Shown: positions 42,570-50,890 of the stretch, piece by piece | Layout of the letters: every line of letters begins with the position of its first letter | Numbering within the stretch: position 1 is the first letter of the stretch | Virus record (IMG/VR): IMGVR_UViG_3300030060_000625 | Location: 1-53,690 of that record | From: a virus | Lineage: Duplodnaviria > Caudoviricetes | Reading direction: 5' to 3' (one strand) | Length of the DNA: 53,690 nucleotides | Made by a program: the position numbers and the translations under genes | Notes under the pieces: generated by a model | What the model saw: only the letters and a program-made list of their open reading frames with translations | What the model was told of the DNA's origin: nothing | Database searches by the model: none

Positions 42570-44463
42570 TTATCAAATGTTTATTCACAAGAGCCGCTAT
42601 GCACGTTGGCTTGACAGTGAACAACGCAGGGAAACATGGGAAGAGACTGTAACACGGTTTACAGACTACATGGTAGAACACATTAAGTTTGTGTGTGATG
42701 TTGATCTGTCTCAGTCTCCACACATGAAAGCTGTGAAGTCAGCGATACTAAATTTAGAGATCATGCCATCTATGCGATCTCTTATGACTGCAGGTCCAGC
42801 GTTGAAACGTGAAAACATTGCAGGATACAATTGCTCGTATATTCCTATTGATAATCCTAGATCATTTGACGAAGTTCTTTACATTCTTATGAACGGCACT
42901 GGCGTAGGTTTTTCTGTGGAACGTACATACATAGAGAACCTGCCGACCATACCTGACGTTGAGTTTGAAGAGACAGAGGACGTTATTAGTGTAGCTGACT
43001 CAAAAGAAGGTTGGGCAAGAAGCTTCCGTGACTTGATAGGATACTTGTATACTAACAGAATACCTAAGATTGATATGTCTAAGGTGCGTCCTGCAGGTGC
43101 AAGGTTGAAGACTTTTGGTGGCAGAGCTTCAGGTCCAGAACCACTACAAGATTTGTTTGACTTCACGATAAGGGTGTTTCAAGATGCTAAAGGACGTAAA
43201 CTATCCTCCATCGAATGTCATGATATTGTGTGTAAGACAGGTGAGGTGGTGGTTGTTGGTGGCGTTAGGCGTTCCGCTCTTTTATCTCTCAGTAATCTTA
43301 GTGATGATAGGATGCGGTCTGCTAAGTCTGGCAATTGGTGGTCTATTAACCCTCATAGAGCTTTGGCAAACAACTCTGTTGCTTATACACAAACTCCTGA
43401 CCCGTCTGCGTTCATGAAAGAATGGCTTTCGTTATATGAAAGTAAGTCTGGAGAGCGCGGTATATTTAACAGGACGGCTGCTCAAGGCAAAGCGGTGGCT
43501 AACGGACGTAGGGAAGAGTCTGACTTTGGCACGAACCCATGCAGTGAGATTATTCTACGTCCCAATCAATTCTGTAACCTATCTGAGGTTGTATGTAGAT
43601 CAGATGACACTGCAAAGTCATTAGAACGTAAGGCAGAGCTTGCTGCTATTCTTGGAACATTGCAGTCTACCCTTACAGATTTTAAGTATCTACGTACACG
43701 CTGGAAGAACAATACAGAGGAAGAACGTTTACTAGGTGTGTCTCTTACAGGCATCATGGATTGCAAGTACCTTAATGTAACATCGCATCCTGAACGTCTA
43801 ACTAAATTGAGAGATACAGTAGTACATACTAACAAGAAGTGGTCCGATAAGTTAGGTATACCTCAGTCTACCGCCACGACTTGTGTGAAGCCATCTGGCA
43901 CTGTTAGTCAACTTACTAATGCTGCTAGTGGTATTCATGCTCGACACGCCCCGTATTATGTCAGAACGGTGCGTGGGGATGTTAAAGATCCGTTAACTAG
44001 GTTCCTAATGGACAGTAACATTCCTAATGAACCTGACTTTAACAGTCCGAACAACACGGTGGTTTTTTCCTTTCCTTTCAAATCACCTGTTGCTGCCATC
44101 TGTCGGACTGATATGAAGGCTCTGGAGCAACTGCACCTGTGGAAACACTACAGCGAACACTGGTGCGAACATAAACCTTCTATTACGGTAAGTGTTAAAG
44201 AGCATGAATGGATGGAAGTAGGAAACTGGTGCTACGAAAACTTTGATGAACTGAGTGGTATCAGTTTCCTACCCTTCTCTGATCACAGCTATAGGCAAGC
44301 ACCGTATCAAGACTGTAGTAAAGAAGAATACGACAAGCTTGTTACTGAAATGCCAAAGGCTATTGATTGGAAAACTTTTGATAATTATGAAAAAGAGGAC
44401 AACACCAAAGCATCACAAGAATTAGCTTGTACGGGAGAGGTGTGCGAAGTAGTAGATATATGA
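42550..44463 (+). CDS. nrdJ: Class II (adenosylcobalamin-dependent) ribonucleotide reductase (637 aa)
   Basis: SRYARW, PSMR, YNC, GGVRRSA, GTNPCSEI, CNL, TCVKPSGT, C-terminal Cys pair ACTGEVC; no nrdB partner in the genome. Confidence 0.9.
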   Translation: MQNLPTDYQMFIHKSRYARWLDSEQRRETWEETVTRFTDYMVEHIKFVCDVDLSQSPHMKAVKSAILNLEIMPSMRSLMTAGPALKRENIAGYNCSYIPIDNPRSFDEVLYILMNGTGVGFSVERTYIENLPTIPDVEFEETEDVISVADSKEGWARSFRDLIGYLYTNRIPKIDMSKVRPAGARLKTFGGRASGPEPLQDLFDFTIRVFQDAKGRKLSSIECHDIVCKTGEVVVVGGVRRSALLSLSNLSDDRMRSAKSGNWWSINPHRALANNSVAYTQTPDPSAFMKEWLSLYESKSGERGIFNRTAAQGKAVANGRREESDFGTNPCSEIILRPNQFCNLSEVVCRSDDTAKSLERKAELAAILGTLQSTLTDFKYLRTRWKNNTEEERLLGVSLTGIMDCKYLNVTSHPERLTKLRDTVVHTNKKWSDKLGIPQSTATTCVKPSGTVSQLTNAASGIHARHAPYYVRTVRGDVKDPLTRFLMDSNIPNEPDFNSPNNTVVFSFPFKSPVAAICRTDMKALEQLHLWKHYSEHWCEHKPSITVSVKEHEWMEVGNWCYENFDELSGISFLPFSDHSYRQAPYQDCSKEEYDKLVTEMPKAIDWKTFDNYEKEDNTKASQELACTGEVCEVVDI

Positions 44464-44675
44464 ATACAAAAGCATTACTATCACAAGTCTCAGTGTTTTT
44501 ACAAAGAGACGGCAACATTGAGGTTACACACAACAATGTTGCCGCTGAAGATTTTAAGCAAGTTATGGAAGATGGTCTTCCTCACTATGCCAATACAGAA
44601 CTTATTTATAATTTTATGAAGCGTCTGGAGAACATAACTGAAAAATATGTGGATGACGTTAATAAAACACTATAA
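44460..44675 (+). CDS. Hypothetical protein (71 aa; start adjusted)
   Basis: ATGA overlap with the RNR stop; last plus-strand gene. Confidence 0.65.
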   Translation: MNTKALLSQVSVFLQRDGNIEVTHNNVAAEDFKQVMEDGLPHYANTELIYNFMKRLENITEKYVDDVNKTL

Positions 44676-44765
44676 AAAGGCAATTTGCCACAGACGGCTT
44701 TTTAAGCGTCATACAGAAGAATTAGGTGCTGTCGGGTAGGTTGGGTCATTTACCACTTCGTTTGG

Positions 44766-45374
44766 TCATCTCGGGGCATATATGGGGGTGTTTTGAAAAA
44801 CAGTAACGTTATTTTTCTTTAAATATACTAATGTAACTACTATTCCAACGATTACAGCAATAACAATTATACCTTTACCAAATTCTAAAAATATCTTTTC
44901 TAATAGTCCTTTTTGATTGAGTGCTTTTCTAGCAGCCTCTTCATCTCTACGTTTTTTATTTCTTTTTATACGTTCAGCTTTTTTCTTTTTAGCTTCTTCT
45001 TGTGCTTCCAGTATCTCAGCCCACGTACTTGCACCAAACCTCTTGTTAATTTCTATAGCTAGTTTTCTTATTTCTTCTTCTTGTTGTTTCTGAGCAAGTT
45101 TAGCTGCAGCTACGTTAGCTAAAGATGTTTCATCATTGCTATCGTCTTTTAATCTAAACTTTAGTATCTTTGCCCACTTGTTGTTTGGCAGCTTGTTTTT
45201 TCTAGCAGACTGTACTCGTTTAGATGCTTCGCCATGTGTTGTAAACAACCTATCTATTTGACTAGCAATAGCACCTACATCATCAGCAGTTTGCAATGCA
45301 CTACGCACTCCTTGAACTGCCGTCTTGACAGCAGCAAAGCCCCCAGTAATCGCAGCTAGTGTTAATGGGTCCAT
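44766..45374 (-). CDS. Hypothetical membrane protein (202 aa)
   Basis: MDPLTLAA N-terminus, basic coiled coil, C-terminal TM (GIIVIAVIVGIVVTLVYL); last gene of the late arm. Confidence 0.7.
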   Translation of the reverse strand: MDPLTLAAITGGFAAVKTAVQGVRSALQTADDVGAIASQIDRLFTTHGEASKRVQSARKNKLPNNKWAKILKFRLKDDSNDETSLANVAAAKLAQKQQEEEIRKLAIEINKRFGASTWAEILEAQEEAKKKKAERIKRNKKRRDEEAARKALNQKGLLEKIFLEFGKGIIVIAVIVGIVVTLVYLKKNNVTVFQNTPIYAPR

Positions 45375-45375
45375 G

Positions 45376-45783
45376 TTACTTCTTCTTCATGTTATTACGT
45401 TGCACACCCTTCCACTTCTCTGCAGTACGCATACCACCAAGTCCCAAGAGAGCGAGTGTTAACGACATAAGACCTTCTGTCTCTATGTAGGGCAGCACGA
45501 TATCTGCACCACTAAGAGCAATACCCCACACTGCTACAGGCTGCAGCACAAACTGCCAAGCTAGACCAAAGGCGCATATCCACATGATAGCTGGCCTAGC
45601 ACCAGCAACAAAGATAGATGGTGACTTAGCTTGTTCTATGTTTGCTTGTGCCTGTGCTAGATCAAGCGATACCATTTGTTGTTTTAGTTCAGCATTAAGT
45701 TTAGTCTTTAGGTCTTTGTCCTCAACAAACTTGTCAAGAACTTTACCTGCTACGCCTATAACTGAATCTGCTAATCCTAACAT
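45376..45783 (-). CDS. Holin (GTA_holin_3TM-like, 135 aa)
   Basis: LDKFVEDKD...FVAGARPAIMWIC...LLGLGGMRTAEK. Confidence 0.8.
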   Translation of the reverse strand: MLGLADSVIGVAGKVLDKFVEDKDLKTKLNAELKQQMVSLDLAQAQANIEQAKSPSIFVAGARPAIMWICAFGLAWQFVLQPVAVWGIALSGADIVLPYIETEGLMSLTLALLGLGGMRTAEKWKGVQRNNMKKK

Positions 45784-48700
45784 TAGTCAAGACCTTCCAA
45801 TATTTTTCTTATTTGTTGTTTTCTTTCATTAGGTAATGTTGAAGATGGTTTAATTGACGTTGCAGGTTTAGATTCATCAATACCTTTTAATATATCTCTA
45901 TAGCTATCAGACCTTCTTGTTTGTCTGATTGGTAAAATATTTTCTACAATACCAGAAGGTTTCTCAATAGTACTATAGGATATATCTCCTTGAGTTAAAT
46001 CTTTTGGGTCTGGAAACAACGGACCTATTAGCCAAAAATCTCTCAAAGCATTAACTATCTGTTTAGAAGAAGGTGAGTAATTTACTTGATCTTCAGCATC
46101 AGGATCATAAACAACGGCCCTAGCCCCTGATACTTTCATAATTTCCATAAAGTCTTCTACAAACTTTCTTTCCTGTCTAGTACTCATTTTTTGTTTTGAT
46201 AAAACTAAATTTACATTAGACATAAATTCTGGATCAGTCATTAGTTTATGAAACATCATGTGTTTAGCACGTTGATGTTCTCTCACTATTTGTTCTGATG
46301 CAAGGTAACGCCAACTTACAACACCTCTAAAACCAGAGTATAATCTTGAAAGAGCGGCAGGAATAGTTAAAGCTTTAGGTATGCTGTCTAAAGCTGCACC
46401 TGCTTCATCTGCAAACTCACCTTTGATTGCAATTAGATTTTGCAACATATTTTCAAAGTTATTTGTTTTTTCTCTACCTAATAACTCATCTATTCTTTTT
46501 AAAGAACTTCCTGCATTGTTATATGCAGTCATTAGCGTAACTTCATCAAAATCATTTGCAAGTTGAAAAGGCCCACTTTTTAAAGGTATGTGACTTTCAT
46601 CTAAAACGGCTTTTGTATAATGAGCTTGAACTCTCCTAACAAGTCTTCCTTTAGGGCTTTCTGCTGCATTAATAAATTCATTTCTTAAATTTCTATCGTG
46701 AATATAATCTAAATGTGCTTTTCTTTTACTAGTTACATTAAGAGACCTTCTAATAAAAGTGCTAAGAATACCATCATAAAGTTGATCTAACATTACTTCG
46801 TTAGCTTTACTTAAAGGTTCATTGTTTTTTATTTCTAAAACATCTTTTAAGAAAATCTCAAATCTTTGTCCTGTTATATCTTCTATTTGTGCTGTTCTTA
46901 GTTTAGATACTAACTCATCTATTTTTGCAATATCTGTTGAGGGTAGTTCTCCTGTAGCTCGTTTTATTTCTGCTACCGTTTGATCAACACCCTTTTCTAA
47001 ATCTGTTATAACTTCTGCTTGTTCATCACTAAGAGCAAACTCTCTAGCGTATGTTGGGTTTCCTGCTCTTGGAAATAAATGATCTACTAAACTATCTAGA
47101 TCGTCTATTTTAGCATCCACTTGTCCAACTTCTGAATTTTTTAAAGCCTCATCAAAAGCTTTTGAATATCTTTTAAGTTTTTCATCTAAACCTACTCTAG
47201 CTCTTCTTAATGCTTCTCCCTCATTGTACTTAGATGTTTTATCTATTAACTCAAAGTAATCTTTTAGTTTATCAGCATATTCTTTAGATATTAATTTAGC
47301 TTGTTCAAATTTAGCTAATTTTAAATTTCTTTTTATACGACTTCCACCAAAAATACCATCATATCCATCTCTAGATACAGAATCTCCAAGAACTCTTTCT
47401 AATCTTACTCGAAATTTGTCCTGCTGATCTTTAGGAAACATTTTAAAAAATAGTTTTGAAGCTACTTCAGGATCGTTAGCTCTAAAAAAGGACAGTAAGT
47501 ATTCTTCTGGATCAGTTTGCATAGCTAGAATAGGATCATCTGAATAAAACTCATCCTTTAAAAGTTTTTTACCTAAGAAATCTTCATACCATTTTCTTTT
47601 ATAATCTTTATAAAACTTGTTGGCTTGTTCAAGTTCTGGTATACCTGCTGCATCAAACAAATTATCTACTTCGTTAGTTAATTTATACAGTTCTTTAGAT
47701 GGACCTGGCTTTATTTTTCTGTTGTTCCAAGACCATTGATTTAAACTCTTACGAAGATTGTGCATTTCTAGAGCGTTCATGGAGTAATTAAACTCCTTGT
47801 TAAGTTGACCAGCATACTCTCCTGGTGCTTTTAACATGGAAAGAACTAATCTAACATAGTCATCTCTATTCATGCCTGAAAGGTTAGCATTTTCTTCAGC
47901 ATTTTCTAATGTTCGCGTTAAAGAAAACGTTTCCATTTCATTTGTTGCTTTACCATCATTTACTTTTAAATTTGTTCGTCTATTTCCTTTAAGTATGTCT
48001 ATTTCATCAACCCACTCTTTATTAAGGAGGTCTGCAGCTATATTGTTTAAATCTTGTGAATCTATTTTTTCTAAAGCGTTGTGTCTAGCGGTGTGTACAA
48101 AAATATCTATATCGCTACTAAATTTAATAGGTTCAGACAAATCAAATCCAGTAACACGACCATAAGATAGATGGCTGTTTTTATTCTTTAATACAGATGC
48201 AATGCCACCGTACTGCTCTATTTCTTGTTGTTTTAAATTTAATAAAGAATCTACATACTCAGTAATGTTAATGTCATTGTCTGCTGTTTTTCCTTTTAAT
48301 GCAGTCCACAGTTCATCTTTTTCTGCACTATCTTTATTGTAAAGTGCTAGTATATCCTCTTCTGCATCTTTAAAAAACTTTTGACGAAGAACTATATTTG
48401 CTTTATCTACTGAGCTTCCAATAGTATTTTTTAAATCTAAACCATTAGGACTTTCAATAAACTCTTCTGCTATTTTGCTTCTACCAGCACCTCTTATTTT
48501 AAACTCAGCTTTTAAAGAGTCTATTTCAGATTGTAAATTTTCAACGTTATTTTTACTTTGATTTACAATTTTAGAAGCACCTCTTTTTAAAACTTCAAAG
48601 TTATTTTGTTGCTCATCTAAACCTTTAACAAGATTATTCATTGCTGTTTCAACATAACCTATGCTATTTTGAATTTCTTGTTGTTTAATCCTGAACATAG

Positions 48701-50888
48701 CTAACACAGTATCTCTTCCAGCAAATACCGACATAAGACTTTTATTTTCTAAAAGTTGTTTTAACGTACCTGCCATAGCGTTATTCAATATAGCACCTGA
48801 TATCTGTTCTAAAGCGATGTTATATTCTGCAAACTTATCTTTAGGAGTATAGGGAGACTTACGAAATTTTTCTATAACTTGCATACCATCATCTACCATA
48901 GCCTGATAACTTTTAATATAATGCTCTGGTATAAACGGAAGAACGTCTTTTACAAAATTTTCTATTGCTTTAAACTCTCTAGCACTATATTTGGTAGACA
49001 GTTCTAATTCAGTTAAGTTTAAAAGGTCTGGGTCTCTTTTTTTATTGTCTAGAAGAATAGCTTTATATATAGGTAAACCCATAGCTGCTGCTGTAATACG
49101 TTGTGCGTATTCAGATTCTGCGAATGTAGCAGGAGTTGCATCTTCATCTAAAATATATTTTCGCTGTTGTCCTAGACCTGTAATAGCAGGTTGATCTGGG
49201 TCTAGCTTATATCGTTTTTCAGCACCTATCACTTTACCAAAACCATACAACAAAGTCATAAGGTTTAAAGGTCTTTGAACTATTTGACCACTTACATCGT
49301 CAATGTCGTCTTTTAATCTATAAAGACTTTGAGGAACACCTATAAACTGAACACCAAATTTTTTATTAGCTAAAATAGGATCAAGAATATGTTGTAAAGC
49401 TTGCGTTGTAGCTGACGGTGTTGCAAACGCACCAGCTAGTCCTAACATATACGACATATCTTGATAGGCTGTTCCCTCAAAAGTTTTGTCCCATGCACCT
49501 GATATTGCACCAGCACCAACAACAGCCTGACCATTCAATACTTTTTTCAATGTAAGTTTATCAAGACGTTGCTCATAAGACAGAGGCTGTTCAATAAACA
49601 TTTCTTTTTGTATTTTTTCAGTGCCGTCTTTTTTTGTTATAACTCTTGCACCTGTAGCTACTTTTCTGGTTCCTTCAGGATACTCTAAACGATCTCGTAT
49701 TCTTCCAACAACATCTAGTTTACCTCTTTTAGGATAAGCAGCATCTAGTTTACCTGTCTGACGTATTATTTTTGAAAGCTCTATACGGTCTTTCATCATT
49801 TGTTCTGCAATTTCAGAGTGTTTTTCAAAGTCTCTAAAAGATTGCGCTCCAAAAGGATTACGTTTTAGTTCTTCTCTGTACGCTTTTTCTAATTTTCCTC
49901 TTGCTTTAATTTCATTATAATTAGGTAACACAGGTATGGCTTTTTTTAATTGCCCCATAATGAGAGGGTCTTGTGATCTTCGAGGTAATCCACGAACTAA
50001 CCTAGAAGTATCACTAGCAACTTCACCCATTACTTTTATTGCTTTTGCTCCTGTTCCTACAACGTTAATTGGAATAGCATACTCAGTGGTATACATAAGA
50101 ATTTTTTCAGAAAAATTTAAATCGTCTACATCTAGAGTATCTTCTACTGCTTTAACAAACTTTTCAGCTTCATCTGAATAATACTGTGATCCTAAATTAG
50201 CTGACCACAAACGATCATAATCAACATCATCTCCTAAGATGCCGTTTCTAGCTGCATATTCTAAAGTACCCATCCCATATTTGTTAACAAGATGACTTAA
50301 CTGAGGAATAAAAGCTCCTCCCCTAGCACCTGCTATGGTAACTGCTCTTCCTATTCCAGAAGCACTATCTATAACAGCGTCTGTAGTTTTACGAATTAAT
50401 CTTTCGTTATGAGATACAAGTGGATCAGTATCTAGTGGACTCGTGCCTAACATAAACCTTTCTATTGCACCAGAACGATCAATTGTTTCCTCTGGTTCAG
50501 CAGCTTGGTTACGTCTAACTAAAACACGACTAGGTTGATTTAGTATTTCTATTTTTTGTAGTAAGTCAGGATCATCACTACCAGCACCAAAAGGCATAAT
50601 ACGGCCCTCTTCGTCAATGATAGTAGATGCAAACGCCCCACCAAGAACTTTCATGTCCTCTGCTTTTTGACTAGGAACTTGAGGAGTTTTTTGATTGTAA
50701 TACTTTGCAGCAGGTAACTTATTTACTAAACGTTCAAAAATATTTGGGTCGTCATCCTTTAACTCAGGCTTTTCTTTATTTTTGTCCTCTTCTAATTTTC
50801 TCTTCTTCTCGTCTTCATCATCATCAAAGATAGATGTAAACAAAGTTCTCATAGATTTATCAAGAGGTGTTAAATATTTATCAGCCAT
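45783..50888 (-). CDS. Very large putative internal virion (ejection) protein (1701 aa)
   Basis: Largest ORF, mostly helical, at the end of the structural arm like T7 gp16; C-terminal SRLYSGFRGVVSWRYLASE. Confidence 0.7.
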   Translation of the reverse strand: MADKYLTPLDKSMRTLFTSIFDDDEDEKKRKLEEDKNKEKPELKDDDPNIFERLVNKLPAAKYYNQKTPQVPSQKAEDMKVLGGAFASTIIDEEGRIMPFGAGSDDPDLLQKIEILNQPSRVLVRRNQAAEPEETIDRSGAIERFMLGTSPLDTDPLVSHNERLIRKTTDAVIDSASGIGRAVTIAGARGGAFIPQLSHLVNKYGMGTLEYAARNGILGDDVDYDRLWSANLGSQYYSDEAEKFVKAVEDTLDVDDLNFSEKILMYTTEYAIPINVVGTGAKAIKVMGEVASDTSRLVRGLPRRSQDPLIMGQLKKAIPVLPNYNEIKARGKLEKAYREELKRNPFGAQSFRDFEKHSEIAEQMMKDRIELSKIIRQTGKLDAAYPKRGKLDVVGRIRDRLEYPEGTRKVATGARVITKKDGTEKIQKEMFIEQPLSYEQRLDKLTLKKVLNGQAVVGAGAISGAWDKTFEGTAYQDMSYMLGLAGAFATPSATTQALQHILDPILANKKFGVQFIGVPQSLYRLKDDIDDVSGQIVQRPLNLMTLLYGFGKVIGAEKRYKLDPDQPAITGLGQQRKYILDEDATPATFAESEYAQRITAAAMGLPIYKAILLDNKKRDPDLLNLTELELSTKYSAREFKAIENFVKDVLPFIPEHYIKSYQAMVDDGMQVIEKFRKSPYTPKDKFAEYNIALEQISGAILNNAMAGTLKQLLENKSLMSVFAGRDTVLAMFRIKQQEIQNSIGYVETAMNNLVKGLDEQQNNFEVLKRGASKIVNQSKNNVENLQSEIDSLKAEFKIRGAGRSKIAEEFIESPNGLDLKNTIGSSVDKANIVLRQKFFKDAEEDILALYNKDSAEKDELWTALKGKTADNDINITEYVDSLLNLKQQEIEQYGGIASVLKNKNSHLSYGRVTGFDLSEPIKFSSDIDIFVHTARHNALEKIDSQDLNNIAADLLNKEWVDEIDILKGNRRTNLKVNDGKATNEMETFSLTRTLENAEENANLSGMNRDDYVRLVLSMLKAPGEYAGQLNKEFNYSMNALEMHNLRKSLNQWSWNNRKIKPGPSKELYKLTNEVDNLFDAAGIPELEQANKFYKDYKRKWYEDFLGKKLLKDEFYSDDPILAMQTDPEEYLLSFFRANDPEVASKLFFKMFPKDQQDKFRVRLERVLGDSVSRDGYDGIFGGSRIKRNLKLAKFEQAKLISKEYADKLKDYFELIDKTSKYNEGEALRRARVGLDEKLKRYSKAFDEALKNSEVGQVDAKIDDLDSLVDHLFPRAGNPTYAREFALSDEQAEVITDLEKGVDQTVAEIKRATGELPSTDIAKIDELVSKLRTAQIEDITGQRFEIFLKDVLEIKNNEPLSKANEVMLDQLYDGILSTFIRRSLNVTSKRKAHLDYIHDRNLRNEFINAAESPKGRLVRRVQAHYTKAVLDESHIPLKSGPFQLANDFDEVTLMTAYNNAGSSLKRIDELLGREKTNNFENMLQNLIAIKGEFADEAGAALDSIPKALTIPAALSRLYSGFRGVVSWRYLASEQIVREHQRAKHMMFHKLMTDPEFMSNVNLVLSKQKMSTRQERKFVEDFMEIMKVSGARAVVYDPDAEDQVNYSPSSKQIVNALRDFWLIGPLFPDPKDLTQGDISYSTIEKPSGIVENILPIRQTRRSDSYRDILKGIDESKPATSIKPSSTLPNERKQQIRKILEGLD

Positions 50889-50890
50889 TA

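Noticed and set aside
44674-44703. Bidirectional terminator at the convergence of the two arms
   Set aside because: A- and T-tracts flank the region but only a weak 4-bp stem (GGCA/TGCC) is visible; not enough to call
45783-50888. 1701-aa protein as a virion RNA polymerase (ANDFDEV resembles NADFDGD)
   Set aside because: The DxDGD motif is incomplete and I see no T7/N4-type RNAP motifs; size and position fit an ejection protein. A structure search would settle it
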